Assembly (NCBI GenBank): GCA_036564355.1
Contig: DATCPC010000174.1
Location: forward strand, 1,576-65,575
Origin: Gemmatimonadaceae bacterium
GTDB lineage: Bacteria > Gemmatimonadota > Gemmatimonadetes > Gemmatimonadales > Gemmatimonadaceae
Reading direction: 5' to 3'
Length of the DNA stretch: 64,000 nucleotides
Part shown: positions 27,646 through 37,236 of the stretch, piece by piece
Layout of the letters: each line of letters begins with the position of its first letter
Position numbering within the stretch: the first letter of the stretch is position 1
Position numbers and translations under genes: made by a program
Notes under the pieces: generated by a model
What the model was told of the DNA's origin: nothing
The model's input: only the letters and a program-made list of their open reading frames with translations
Database searches by the model: none

Positions 27646-28079
27646 CAACTCACCAATCGGTTCGGGGGAAGGGTCGCGCCCATTGGGGCCGTGTCGCTCC
27701 GCACTACCAGCCCTACCTCACCATGCGCCTCGCCGTCCAGGGCGATGCGCATCGAGTACGCCCCGGACGCGTCGAGCGGCAGGTCGATCGCGGCGATGAG
27801 CGGCATGTCCATCTCGCTGACGCCCGGCGGCGGCGGACCGACGTTCAGCTCTCCATTCGACGACCAGAGTTCCTGCCCCTTCGGATTCACCCAATGCAGT
27901 GACACGGTATGCGTACCGACATCCTCGGCTCCGCCCTTCAGGCGCACGACGAGGTGTGCACGCGGGTGAACCGTGGGCAGCGTGCCGCACTGCACCGCGT
28001 CGAACACGCCGAGGATGTTGAGCTTCCCTTCCTGGGAGATGTTCGCGGCGTCGGCGAAGAGAGCGAACGAAAGATGCAT
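27645..28079 (-). CDS. Hypothetical protein (144 aa), coupled to the M13 peptidase
   Basis: The internal ATG at 28077-28079 (MHLSFALFADAANISQEGKLNILGVFD...) begins a beta-rich-looking protein. The longer ORF (to 28436) is Arg-rich and overlaps the divergent EamA gene. Confidence 0.6.
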   Translation of the reverse strand: MHLSFALFADAANISQEGKLNILGVFDAVQCGTLPTVHPRAHLVVRLKGGAEDVGTHTVSLHWVNPKGQELWSSNGELNVGPPPPGVSEMDMPLIAAIDLPLDASGAYSMRIALDGEAHGEVGLVVRSDTAPMGATLPPNRLVS

Positions 28080-28152
28080 CCCCCAAGTTAGGGAGCGCTC
28101 ATGGCAGCGGCCACCCGCTGTCACCCCGCGCCGCCAACGCCTAGCTTTACGC

Positions 28153-29070
28153 ATGACGCTCATCGACGCCCGGCCTCGCGCCGACGCACCATCACGCCCG
28201 ACGCCGATGTTCGTCCCGACCGACTTTCTGATGGTGCTGATGGTCGCCATCTGGGGATTCAACTTCCCGGTCGTGAAGTACGCCACGCGCCACATGGTGC
28301 CGCTCGCCTTCAATGCCGTCCGCATCTCGGTCGCAGCGCTCCTGCTCCTGATTCTCGTGGGCGCGACGGCCCATCCGCGCCCGTCGCGGCGCCAGGTGCT
28401 CCTGTTGCTCGGCCTCGGCGTCCTCGGCAACGGCATCTATCAAATGGTGTTCGTCGGCAGCGTCGTGAACACAGACGTCGGTGTCGCGGCGCTGTTGCTG
28501 GCGTCGAGCCCGGCGTTCATCGCGCTCCTCAGCCGCGCCGCGGGGCTCGGCGAGATCTCCGCGCGCTGCGCGCTCGGCATCGCGCTCTCGCTCGCGGGCG
28601 TCGCCCTCATCGCGCTGACGTCGCGGGTCGCGCTGGACGGCACGTCGTCGCTCGAGGGGAATCTGCTCGCCGTGCTCGCCGCCGTGATCTGGGCGGTGTA
28701 CGTCGTGCTGCAGGCGCGCTACGTCAGCGACGTCGATGACACCACGGTGGCGGCGCTCACGCTCACCGGAGGTGCGTTGCCGCTGCTGATCTTCGGATTT
28801 CCGTCGCTGCTCGCGACGCGCTGGTCGGCGCTGCCGCTCGACGTGTGGATGTCGATCCTCTACGGCGGCGTCATCTCGCTCGCCCTCGCGTCCGTGTTCT
28901 GGTATCGCGGCGTTCGCATCCTCGGTGCCACGCGCACCGGCATCTACCTGCATTTCGAGCCGGTGTTCGCGCTGATTGCCGCGTGGATCTGGATGCACGA
29001 GCATCCAACGCCGCTGCAGGGCGTGGGAGCCGTAACGATCCTCGCGGGTGTCACCCTGACGCACACATGA
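28153..29070 (+). CDS. DMT-superfamily transporter (EamA family)
   Basis: About 10 TM segments and duplicated EamA-like halves (FNFPVVKYATRHM..., VFWYRGVRILGATRTGIY). I chose the ATG at 28153. Confidence 0.85.
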   Translation: MTLIDARPRADAPSRPTPMFVPTDFLMVLMVAIWGFNFPVVKYATRHMVPLAFNAVRISVAALLLLILVGATAHPRPSRRQVLLLLGLGVLGNGIYQMVFVGSVVNTDVGVAALLLASSPAFIALLSRAAGLGEISARCALGIALSLAGVALIALTSRVALDGTSSLEGNLLAVLAAVIWAVYVVLQARYVSDVDDTTVAALTLTGGALPLLIFGFPSLLATRWSALPLDVWMSILYGGVISLALASVFWYRGVRILGATRTGIYLHFEPVFALIAAWIWMHEHPTPLQGVGAVTILAGVTLTHT

Positions 29071-29774
29071 CGGACGCGCCGAAAATGAAGCTCGTATTGT
29101 TCGATATCGATGGAACCATCCTCTGGAGCGATGGCGCCGGCCGCCGCGCGATGACGAAGGCGCTCACGACCCTGTTCGGCGGCGCCGGCCCGACGGACTA
29201 TCACTACGACGGGAAGACCGATCCGCAGATCGTGCGCGATCTCATGCGCGCGAGCGGGCACACCGACGAGACCATCGACGAGCGCCTCAATCCGCTTATG
29301 GAGCATTACCTGGGCGGCCTCGAGCGCGAGCTCGCGGAGGGGACGCGCGCGCACGTGTTCGACGGCGTGCGCGAGCTGCTCGACTCGCTCGAGGCTCGGA
29401 GCGACATCATTCTCGGCCTGCTCACCGGCAATCTTCGAGATGGCGCCGCGATCAAGCTGCGCGCGGCCGGCATCGACCTCGATCGCTTCAAGGTGAGCGC
29501 CTTCGGGTCCGATCACCACGCGCGCGGCGAGCTCCCGGGGCTCGCGCAGCGGCGCGCGAAGGAAGATCTCGGGCTCGACATTCCGGGCGATCGCATCTTC
29601 GTCATCGGCGACACGCCGGCGGACATTACCTGCGGGCGCGAGATCGGTGCGCGGGCGATCGCGGTGGCGACCGGCCGCTACGCGCCCGAGGAGCTCGCAA
29701 GGCACCACCCGTACGCGCTGTTCCCGTCGCTCGCCGATACGCAGGCCGTGATGCGCGTGATTGTCGATGCGTGA
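29067..29774 (+). CDS. HAD-superfamily hydrolase (phosphoglycolate-phosphatase-like)
   Basis: Motif I LVLFDIDGTIL and motif IV-like VIGDTPADI. The ATG overlaps the EamA stop (ATGA). Confidence 0.85.
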   Translation: MTDAPKMKLVLFDIDGTILWSDGAGRRAMTKALTTLFGGAGPTDYHYDGKTDPQIVRDLMRASGHTDETIDERLNPLMEHYLGGLERELAEGTRAHVFDGVRELLDSLEARSDIILGLLTGNLRDGAAIKLRAAGIDLDRFKVSAFGSDHHARGELPGLAQRRAKEDLGLDIPGDRIFVIGDTPADITCGREIGARAIAVATGRYAPEELARHHPYALFPSLADTQAVMRVIVDA

Positions 29775-30357
29775 GGTCGAGCTCAAGGCGGTGCTCGACT
29801 CGTGGGACGATCGCCGAGCGCGGCTGCTTCGCGCCGGCGCGACGCTGGTGTTCGCGGGCCGCTTGGAAGATCGCCGGTACGACACGAGCAACCACCTGCT
29901 CACGTCTCGCGACATCGTCCTTCGGCTGCGCATCTACCGCGACGCGAGCGGCTCGAGCGCGGAGCTCGAGTTCAAGGGGCCGACCGCCTACGAGCGCGGC
30001 TACAAGGTGCGCGAGGAGATCGGAAGCACCGTGCTGGATCCCGACGCCATCGCTCACATACTCTCCGGACTCGGCTACATCGTCACGCGCGCGATCGATC
30101 GCGAGATCGAACAGTTCGAGCTCGGCGGGGCCATGGTGCGCTTCGAGCGGTATCCCCGCATGGATGATCTCGTGGAGGTCGAGGGCGAGCCCGAGGCGCT
30201 CGAGCGCGCGATCGCGGCGCTCGAGATCCCGCGCGCGGCATACAACGCCGATCGACTCACGGATTTCGCAATGCGCTACGAGGAGCGCACCGGCGAGCGC
30301 GCCGCGCTCTCGGACGCGGAGCGCACCGGCAAGGCGCCGCCGGTGCGCGAGCGCTAG
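29767..30357 (+). CDS. CYTH-domain protein (class IV adenylate cyclase/triphosphatase family)
   Basis: N-terminal ExExK signature (MREVELKAV) and a beta-barrel-like repeat pattern of about 195 aa. The ATG at 29767 overlaps the HAD stop; a TTG at 29761 is also possible. Confidence 0.75.
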   Translation: MREVELKAVLDSWDDRRARLLRAGATLVFAGRLEDRRYDTSNHLLTSRDIVLRLRIYRDASGSSAELEFKGPTAYERGYKVREEIGSTVLDPDAIAHILSGLGYIVTRAIDREIEQFELGGAMVRFERYPRMDDLVEVEGEPEALERAIAALEIPRAAYNADRLTDFAMRYEERTGERAALSDAERTGKAPPVRER

Positions 30358-31167
30358 GTGGCCGCCGCCTCGCCGCGCCGCGTGACGCTTGGCGGACTGC
30401 TTCGGGGGCGCGAGCTCGAAGGCGACGCGATGCTCACGCTCGACGCCGACTCGATATCGCTGGACACCGCGCGCGGGCGGATCTCGCTCGCACTCACGCA
30501 GCTCGATGGGATTCGCGTGCCGGGCGATGTGCTCGAGCTCTACGTCGCCACGGGCGATGTGATCCAGCTCGCGCAGGCACCGGATCTCAACGCCCTGGCG
30601 ACGGAGATCGCGAGCAGCGTGTGCGCGATCCCGGAGATGACGCGCTCGCTGCGCGCCCTCGGCGCCGGCTCGCTCGCCGCGGGTGAAGAGCACGACCGCT
30701 TTTTCGGTCCGCTGCTGGAGGCGAGACTGCTTGCCGAGCGCGCGCCGAATCTGGTGGCGCTGCGCGCGGCGTTCGATGCGGCGGCGCTGCGCGCGTCGGT
30801 CGAGCACGTGTTGGACGAGATCGCGTTGGAACGATATCCGAAGGCGGCTGGGGAGCGACGGGCTCTCCGCGCGGAGCTCGGCGACGGGGCGCACGAGGTG
30901 TTCGCGCGCCTTGCCGAGCTGGAGCGCGCGGAGGCCGCGCTCGGCGCCTGCGACGACGGCGAGCGCTTCGTGCTGTGGCGCGCGTGGCAGGCGGTGCTGC
31001 GGAACGTGTTTCGGAGCGCCGATGGCAGCTGGATCGAGATCCATCCGGTACTCGGCGACGATCGACGCGCGGCGCCGTCGTTCTGGCGTCGGATGTTCGG
31101 ACGGAAAAAGTCCGCGAAGCCGAAGAAATCCTCCGGGCGCCGGAAGCCGGCTGGGAGCAGGCCGTGA
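30358..31167 (+). CDS. Hypothetical protein (269 aa) with a Lys/Arg-rich C-terminal tail
   Basis: A GTG start immediately follows the CYTH stop. Its stop overlaps the acpS start (GTGA). I recognise no family. Confidence 0.55.
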   Translation: MAAASPRRVTLGGLLRGRELEGDAMLTLDADSISLDTARGRISLALTQLDGIRVPGDVLELYVATGDVIQLAQAPDLNALATEIASSVCAIPEMTRSLRALGAGSLAAGEEHDRFFGPLLEARLLAERAPNLVALRAAFDAAALRASVEHVLDEIALERYPKAAGERRALRAELGDGAHEVFARLAELERAEAALGACDDGERFVLWRAWQAVLRNVFRSADGSWIEIHPVLGDDRRAAPSFWRRMFGRKKSAKPKKSSGRRKPAGSRP

Positions 31168-31595
31168 TCGTCGCGATCGGCATCGACATGGTCGAGATCG
31201 CGCGGGTGGAGCGACTGCTCGCGTCGAAGGGTGATCATGCGCTGAGGAAGCTGTTCACCGACGCCGAGCGCGCGTATGCGACGAGCCGCCCGCGTCCGGC
31301 GCTCCATTTCGCTGCGCGCGTGGCGGCCAAGGAGGCGGCGTACAAGGCGCTCCGCGGCACGCACCAGGCGCGGGCGATCGGCTGGCGGGAGCTCGAGGTG
31401 ATTCTCGCGGAGGATGGCTCGCCGTCGCTCCTGCTGCACGGCGGGGCGGCGCGGCGTGCCATCGAATTGGGTGTCACCCGTGTTCATCTATCGCTCACGC
31501 ACACGGCGGACTCAGCAGCGGCAGTGACGGTGCTCGAGGGACCCGGATTACCGCCTGAATTCGAAAATTTCACCTCCGCTGGCGCGGGAAAGTGA
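31164..31595 (+). CDS. acpS: Holo-[acyl-carrier-protein] synthase
   Basis: From the GTG at 31164: VIVAIGIDMVEIARVERLL...FTDAERAY...FAARVAAKEAAYKAL...HLSLTHT, the typical AcpS pattern. Confidence 0.85.
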   Translation: MIVAIGIDMVEIARVERLLASKGDHALRKLFTDAERAYATSRPRPALHFAARVAAKEAAYKALRGTHQARAIGWRELEVILAEDGSPSLLLHGGAARRAIELGVTRVHLSLTHTADSAAAVTVLEGPGLPPEFENFTSAGAGK

Positions 31596-32686
31596 AAGCC
31601 GATAATATCAGTCGGAATGACGATCCGAGACCGCGCCTGCATCCGGTGGCAGCAGTGACCACGGCCAGCCGTCCGACATTCGCAGGCACCCGTGCCGCGC
31701 GGGTAGGTGGACGCATTGCCGTCTGGGCGGGCGCCTTCATCGTGCTCGCGGTGCTCATCTGGACCGCCATCGCGTCCGGCGGCTCCCCGGACCCAACTTC
31801 GCTCGACCGTCCGTCGACGGTCAAGGCGCTCGACATCGCGGTGCTCGTCTTCCGCGAGGGGCTCGAGTGTATTCTCGTGCTCGCCGCCATCACCGCGAGC
31901 ATGAAGGGTTCGACGGAGTCGTATCAGCGGCCCGTAGCCGCCGGTGCGGCGCTGGCCTTCGCGGCGACGGTGATCACGTGGTTCGGCGCCGTGGGCATGG
32001 TCGACGCACTCTCCGACCGCCTCCCCGCGCTCGATGTGCAAGCGGGGACGGGACTCCTCGCGGTCGTCGTGCTGCTGGTGGTCATGAACTGGTTCTTCCA
32101 CAAGGTCTACTGGACCGGGTGGATCAGCATGCACAATCGCCGCAAGCGCACACTGATGAGCGATGCGGGGAGTGCCGAGCAGAAGGCGCGCCGCGTGGTG
32201 TTCGGGCTCGGAGTGCTCGGCTTTACGTCGCTCTACCGCGAGGGCTTCGAGGTCGTGCTCTTTCTGCAGAGCTATCGGCTGAAGATGGGCGGGAGCGTCG
32301 TCCTCGCAGGCGTCGCCATGGGGCTCGTGCTCACCGCGATCGTCGCGGTGCTCACCTTCATCGCGCACCGCAAGCTGCCGTATCGGAAGATGCTCGTGTT
32401 CACGGGCTTCATGCTCGGCGTGGTGCTGCTGGTGATGGTGGGCGAGCAGGCGCAGGAGATGCAGCTCGCGCACTGGATTCCGACCACCACCATCGCGTGG
32501 CTCGAGCACATGCCGGCGTGGCTGGGATTGTGGCTCTCGGTGTTCCCGACGGTTGAGACGCTCGCGGCCCAGGCACTCGCGGCGGTGATCGTGATCGGAT
32601 CGTATTTCATCGCGCGACGCGACATGTTCCGCACGCTGATCACCCCGGACGACGCGCCCGCGCCAGCGTCAGCGCCAGCGCCGTAG
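31592..32686 (+). CDS. FTR1/EfeU-family high-affinity iron permease
   Basis: Two REGxE motifs (FREGLECIL and YREGFEVVLF) and 7 TM-like segments. The GTG start overlaps the acpS stop (GTGA). Confidence 0.85.
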   Translation: MKADNISRNDDPRPRLHPVAAVTTASRPTFAGTRAARVGGRIAVWAGAFIVLAVLIWTAIASGGSPDPTSLDRPSTVKALDIAVLVFREGLECILVLAAITASMKGSTESYQRPVAAGAALAFAATVITWFGAVGMVDALSDRLPALDVQAGTGLLAVVVLLVVMNWFFHKVYWTGWISMHNRRKRTLMSDAGSAEQKARRVVFGLGVLGFTSLYREGFEVVLFLQSYRLKMGGSVVLAGVAMGLVLTAIVAVLTFIAHRKLPYRKMLVFTGFMLGVVLLVMVGEQAQEMQLAHWIPTTTIAWLEHMPAWLGLWLSVFPTVETLAAQALAAVIVIGSYFIARRDMFRTLITPDDAPAPASAPAP

Positions 32687-32689
32687 TCG

Positions 32690-33976
32690 CTACTGCGCCG
32701 CGCGCTCGACGCGCGTGCGCACGCGGTCCAGCTCCTTCAGGTAGTTCTCGAACTGCACGTAGAATGCGTGCCGGGGCGAGCTCGCGTAGCGCATCCCGCC
32801 GGTGAGCGCGCGCGGCTTCGCGCGCAGTTGCTCGAAGGCGCGCATCCCCCCGTCGCCCTTCTCCCGCGCCTTCAGCACCGCGGCCAGCAGCGCGCTCTGC
32901 CTGCTCACGATCGGATACGCCGCGCCGGCGGTCTCGAAGAATCCGATGACGTAGAGCCCCGGATGCGCGCGCGCGAAGATGTTGAGATAGAGATCCTCGC
33001 CGCTCTCGGTGAGATGCACCCCGCCCGCCTCGAGACATGGAATGCGCGGCCTGTAGCCCGTGGCCCAGAGGATGAGGTCGGGCTCGATCTCGCTTCCGTC
33101 GGTGAAGCGCACGGTGCGGCCGCGCATCTCCGCGATGTCCGGCTTTGCCGCGAGGTCGCCGTGCGCGAGATGATGGAGCAGCTGCGTGTTCATGATCGGG
33201 TGCGTCGAGAGCGGCGGATGATCCGGCTTCGGCAGCCCGAAGCGGCGCAGATCGCCGACGAGTATTCGGAGCAGCACCGCGAGCAGCGTCGGCGCCATCC
33301 AGTTCGGGATCTGCGGACCGTGATGGAAGAACGCGTCGGTCGGCTGGCCGAACACGTGCTTGGGCAGAAAGTGGTAGCCGCGGCGCATGCTGATCCACGC
33401 CTGGCTCGCCTGCGTTGCGGCATCGCACGCGATATCGCAGCCCGAGTTTCCGCCGCCGACCACCAGAACCTTCCTTCCCGCGAGCTGCACGCCCGAGTGA
33501 TAGCCGAGCGTGTGGTACGCTTCACCGTCGAACGCGCCGGGGTACTCGGGGATCACCGGATCCCAGTTGTGTCCCACCGCGGCGATCACTCCGTCGTAGC
33601 GGAGCATCTCGCCGGTGTCGAGTTGCACGTCCCAGGTGCTGCCGTTCGGCTGAGCTTGTTCCACCGACGTGTGGAAGCGGATGTGTTTGCGAAGATCGAA
33701 CTCGTCGGCGAACGAGCGGATGTAGTCGAGGATCTGCTTCCACGACGGATAATCCGGATAGTCGGCCGGCATGGGGAAGCCGTCGAATGCCGACTGCGTC
33801 CGAGACGAGATGAAGTGCGCGCTCGCGTAGATCGGCGTGTTCGCATTCGACGCATCCCAGATTCCGCCGACGTCGCCATGGCGCTCGAAGACATCGAACT
33901 CGAGCCCCGCCTCCGAGAGTGCGCGCGCGGCGGCGAGCCCCGACGGGCCCGCGCCGAGGATGCAGTAGCGCGCCAC
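32690..33976 (-). CDS. Flavin-containing monooxygenase
   Basis: 428 aa. Motifs seen: ILGAGPSGLAAARAL (FAD GxGxxG), GGIW, and a second VLVVGGGNSGCDIA (NADPH) motif. Confidence 0.85.
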   Translation of the reverse strand: MARYCILGAGPSGLAAARALSEAGLEFDVFERHGDVGGIWDASNANTPIYASAHFISSRTQSAFDGFPMPADYPDYPSWKQILDYIRSFADEFDLRKHIRFHTSVEQAQPNGSTWDVQLDTGEMLRYDGVIAAVGHNWDPVIPEYPGAFDGEAYHTLGYHSGVQLAGRKVLVVGGGNSGCDIACDAATQASQAWISMRRGYHFLPKHVFGQPTDAFFHHGPQIPNWMAPTLLAVLLRILVGDLRRFGLPKPDHPPLSTHPIMNTQLLHHLAHGDLAAKPDIAEMRGRTVRFTDGSEIEPDLILWATGYRPRIPCLEAGGVHLTESGEDLYLNIFARAHPGLYVIGFFETAGAAYPIVSRQSALLAAVLKAREKGDGGMRAFEQLRAKPRALTGGMRYASSPRHAFYVQFENYLKELDRVRTRVERAAQ

Positions 33977-33979
33977 GCG

Positions 33980-34453
33980 TCAGCTGTGGGAGGCGAAGGC
34001 GGTCGTGGCGCCGGTCTTCTGAAACGCGACGACGGTGTAGGGCTTGGTCATCGCGCCCTCCATTCCCGGGCTCCCCATAACCATCCCCGGCACCGCGAGT
34101 CCGGCGACCTTCGGCTGCTCCTTCAGCAGCCGGTCGACATCACTCGCCGGCACGTGTCCCTCGATCACATAGCTGCCAACCAGCGCCGTATGACACGACC
34201 GCACGCCGCTCGGCACTCCGTAGTGATCCTTGAGCGCGTCCATGTCGGAGTCATCGTGCGTCGTGACGGTGAAGCCGCTCGCCTGCATGTGCTCCACCCA
34301 CTTCTTGCAGCAGCCACACGACGGATCCTTGTAGACGGTGAGCGGCGGCCGCGCGAAAGGAGCGCGCACGGGCACAGCAGCCGCGGCGCGCCGCGCGATC
34401 AGCGAGCCGGCGCCGGCGAGTGCGGCGGCGAGAAAACCACGTCGATCCATCAT
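33980..34453 (-). CDS. DUF411 metal-binding protein (CopG-like) with a Tat-type signal
   Basis: MMDRRGFLAAALAGAGS (twin-Arg signal), then VYKDPSCGCCKKWVEHM...VRSCHTALVGSYVIEGHVP. Confidence 0.8.
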   Translation of the reverse strand: MMDRRGFLAAALAGAGSLIARRAAAAVPVRAPFARPPLTVYKDPSCGCCKKWVEHMQASGFTVTTHDDSDMDALKDHYGVPSGVRSCHTALVGSYVIEGHVPASDVDRLLKEQPKVAGLAVPGMVMGSPGMEGAMTKPYTVVAFQKTGATTAFASHS

Positions 34454-34472
34454 CTGTCGATTGGGATTGAGG

Positions 34473-34925
34473 TTAGCGACGCACGCAGCCCGCTTCCAGC
34501 ACATCGATGCGCGTGAAGCCGGCGAGCAGTCGCATGTCTTCGTATTGCGGTCCCATCACCACCACGTGTCCCGATTTCGAATCCAGCGGATCGTAGACGT
34601 GAAAGACGACGCTAAATCCGTTCGCACCTTCGCACACGATCACCGCGCCACGCGCGAGGGTGCGCCGCCGGGCTTCCACCGCGTCGGTGAGCGTGCGTCC
34701 GCGGTCGCGCGCCTCGACGGCGATCATGTCGCGATCCGATGTGGCCGGAAGCTCTGTGTACCCGTTTCGCTCCACGAACTCCTCGGCGCAAAATGCCGCC
34801 GTGTCGCGCGCAGTGGCGAGCGACGAGATCGGCGACAGGCAGTCACGCGCGTCCTTCGCGGAGCGCTGAGCCGGAAGCGCAGCGATGACGATGGACGCCG
34901 CGGCCACCGCTTCCGCGAGGCTCAC
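34473..34925 (-). CDS. Hypothetical secreted protein (150 aa)
   Basis: The GTG at 34923-34925 overlaps the lgt stop (GTGA). Signal-like N-terminus VSLAEAVAAASIVIAALPAQ. The rest of track ORF 34473..35426 overlaps lgt in another frame. Confidence 0.55.
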   Translation of the reverse strand: MSLAEAVAAASIVIAALPAQRSAKDARDCLSPISSLATARDTAAFCAEEFVERNGYTELPATSDRDMIAVEARDRGRTLTDAVEARRRTLARGAVIVCEGANGFSVVFHVYDPLDSKSGHVVVMGPQYEDMRLLAGFTRIDVLEAGCVRR

Positions 34926-35746
34926 GCGACCGCGTAGATGCCGCGCGCCGAGCCGCGCACGTCGTTGCGCAGGCGCATCACGAAGATGCCCGCAACGATG
35001 AAAAGGATCGACAGGTATTGCGCCATCGTGAGCGGGCCGAAGATGTGATCGTCCTTGGCGCGCAGGAACTCCACCACGAACCGCTCGATTCCCGCGAGAA
35101 CCATGTAGACGCCCATCAGCCATCCCTCCGCATGCTTGTGATCGCGGAGCCGCCACAGGATCAGAAACATCGCGAAACCGAGCACGACCTCGAGCAGCTG
35201 CGTCGGGTACACCGAGAGCACCGTCGACGGAGACACACCCGCGGGAATCGCGGAGTGAAAGGCCGCGAGATTCCCCGCGGTGGACGGCGGCGCCCCCTCT
35301 GGGAAGCTGACCGCGAATCTCGACGTCCAGGGCCTGCCGTAGTCGTCGCCAACGGCCCAGCATCCGGTGCGCCCGATGGAGTACGCGGCCGCGATGCCGA
35401 TGCCCGCCACATCCGCGATGCGCCACGGATTCAGCTGCTTGCGATGGATGATGAGGAACACCGAGATGATTCCGCCGATCAGGCCGCCCCAGAACACGAA
35501 GCCGCCGCGGCTCCAGAGCGTCGTGATGTCGTGCGTGAGAATCACGTAGTAGATCTTCGCGCCGAGCAGTCCACCGATGACGGCGGCGAAGACGAGATCA
35601 CCAATCGGCTCGGGATCGTGCCCGCGCCGCTGGAGCTCGCGTTGCGAGATGACCTGCGCGATCGCGAACGCAAGCAGCACCGCGATCCCGAAGCCGGTAA
35701 AGGTGAAGATCCCCAGTTTATAGGAAAATGGATGATGAACGGTCAT
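34922..35746 (-). CDS. lgt: Prolipoprotein diacylglyceryl transferase
   Basis: 274 aa starting at the ATG at 35744-35746. Motifs seen: GFGIAVLLAF..., GGFVFWGGLIGG, GRTGCWAVGDDYGRP, YPTQLLEVVLGF. Confidence 0.9.
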   Translation of the reverse strand: MTVHHPFSYKLGIFTFTGFGIAVLLAFAIAQVISQRELQRRGHDPEPIGDLVFAAVIGGLLGAKIYYVILTHDITTLWSRGGFVFWGGLIGGIISVFLIIHRKQLNPWRIADVAGIGIAAAYSIGRTGCWAVGDDYGRPWTSRFAVSFPEGAPPSTAGNLAAFHSAIPAGVSPSTVLSVYPTQLLEVVLGFAMFLILWRLRDHKHAEGWLMGVYMVLAGIERFVVEFLRAKDDHIFGPLTMAQYLSILFIVAGIFVMRLRNDVRGSARGIYAVA

Positions 35747-36783
35747 GCGGGACGAGAACCAGGAATGGGGAGTGAGGCGACCGCGGAGAGCGCCGAGGAC
35801 GCGCGCTCGCCAGCCTCGAAGCGGAAGAGTCCTGCACGGGCGATCATCGCGGCATTGTCGGTGGCCAGCCGCGCCGATGGAGCATAGACGGTTGCGCCAA
35901 CCTCCGCCAGCCGCTCGCGCATTCGCGCGACGAGCGTGCGATTGCACGCCACGCCACCGCCAAGCACGACGCGCGTACGGCCGTTTTCTCTCGCGGCGCG
36001 CAGCGTCTTTTCCACGAGCGTGTCGATGAGCGCATCCTGAAAGCCACGCGCGAGATTCGCGCGCTCGAGCTCTACATCCACCTTCTGAGTGGCGAGGCGG
36101 ACGGCGGTTTTGAGCCCGCTGAACGAGAGATCGTAGTAGTCGCCGTCGCCCGGACGCGAGTTGGTGCGCACCATCGGCCTGCTGAAGCGAAAGCGGTTCG
36201 GATCGCCGGTCGCCGCGGCGCGCTCGATGTGCGGCCCGCCAGGGTAGGGCATGCCGAGCAGCTTGGCGATCTTGTCGAACGCCTCGCCCGCGGCATCGTC
36301 GCGCGTAGTGCCGAGCACGCGATAGCTTCCCCACGCTTCGACATCGAGCAGCAGCGTGTGCCCGCCCGAGATGAGCAGCGCGATGAACGGCGGCACGGCG
36401 TCCGGATGCTCGAGCGACGTCGCGAACAGATGCCCCTCCATGTGGTGCACGCCCACCACGGGGATCCCGCGCGCGTAGGCGAGCGCCTTGCCGTACGCCA
36501 CGCCCACCAGCAGCGCACCCACGAGTCCGGGCCCCTCGGTCACCGCCACGACGTCGATGTCCGCGAGCGCGCATCCGGCATCCGCGAGGGCGCGTTCGAC
36601 CACCGGCACGATGCTCGTGAGATGCGCGCGCGACGCGATCTCGGGAACCACGCCGCCGAACACGCGATGGATGTCCTGCGACAGGATCACGAGTGAGCGT
36701 TGCCGCGCGTCGTCGCCGCTTCCCTCCAGCACCGCGGCCGACGTCTCGTCGCACGACGTCTCGATGCCCAGCACACGCGTCAC
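35743..36783 (-). CDS. tsaD: tRNA N6-adenosine threonylcarbamoyltransferase
   Basis: 346 aa. Motifs seen: VLGIETSCDETSAAV, GVHHMEGHL, SGGHTLLL, GGGVACN. Confidence 0.95.
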   Translation of the reverse strand: MTRVLGIETSCDETSAAVLEGSGDDARQRSLVILSQDIHRVFGGVVPEIASRAHLTSIVPVVERALADAGCALADIDVVAVTEGPGLVGALLVGVAYGKALAYARGIPVVGVHHMEGHLFATSLEHPDAVPPFIALLISGGHTLLLDVEAWGSYRVLGTTRDDAAGEAFDKIAKLLGMPYPGGPHIERAAATGDPNRFRFSRPMVRTNSRPGDGDYYDLSFSGLKTAVRLATQKVDVELERANLARGFQDALIDTLVEKTLRAARENGRTRVVLGGGVACNRTLVARMRERLAEVGATVYAPSARLATDNAAMIARAGLFRFEAGERASSALSAVASLPIPGSRPA

Positions 36784-37235
36784 GGCGCAACCTTGTTTCC
36801 GCGCGTCGGACGCACCACGGTCGGCGCCACGTGCGCGAGCGGAAGTCGCACGAGGTGTGGGCGCACGTCGAGCACCTTCACGTCCGCCTCGTTCGAGGTG
36901 AATACATCCGCGGGGTGAACCGCGAACACCGTGTCATCGACGCCAACCGAGCGCCGGATCTCCGGCCATGCGCTGTACAGCTTGAGCAGCTCGCGGCCGC
37001 GCCCCGAGACGAGCGCCTGCACCGCCGGCGGCTGCGACGCCATCGTGACGGAGGAATCCATGGTGAGCGCGAGATGCACGTCGATCCACGCCTCCGACGG
37101 CTCCTCGGAGCGCACGATGACCCACACGACGACCGCGAGAAAGAGCGCCGAAGACTTCACGGGGAGATGCTCGGTGACCGCCGACGTGAGCTGGCGCTTC
37201 AGGGAGGTCATTCGGGAGGATGATGCAGTTGCCAC
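36780..37235 (-). CDS. Hypothetical membrane-anchored protein (151 aa)
   Basis: One TM segment (ALFLAVVVWVIV). Its stop overlaps the tsaD start (GTGA). The GTG start lies 1 nt after the upstream stop; an alternative ATG is at 37211. Confidence 0.5.
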   Translation of the reverse strand: MATASSSRMTSLKRQLTSAVTEHLPVKSSALFLAVVVWVIVRSEEPSEAWIDVHLALTMDSSVTMASQPPAVQALVSGRGRELLKLYSAWPEIRRSVGVDDTVFAVHPADVFTSNEADVKVLDVRPHLVRLPLAHVAPTVVRPTRGNKVAP

Positions 37236-37236
37236 G

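Noticed and set aside
32768-34516. 582-aa plus-strand ORF spanning the monooxygenase and DUF411 genes.
   Set aside because: It is a shadow of two well-supported minus-strand genes (GxGxxG flavoprotein; Tat-signal DUF411 with CGCC). Its composition is Arg-rich and it has no motifs.
34575-34583. TTCGAATCC, which resembles a tRNA T-loop/T-arm core.
   Set aside because: It lies inside a coding frame (the 150-aa ORF at 34473-34925). The flanks show no acceptor or anticodon stem complementarity.
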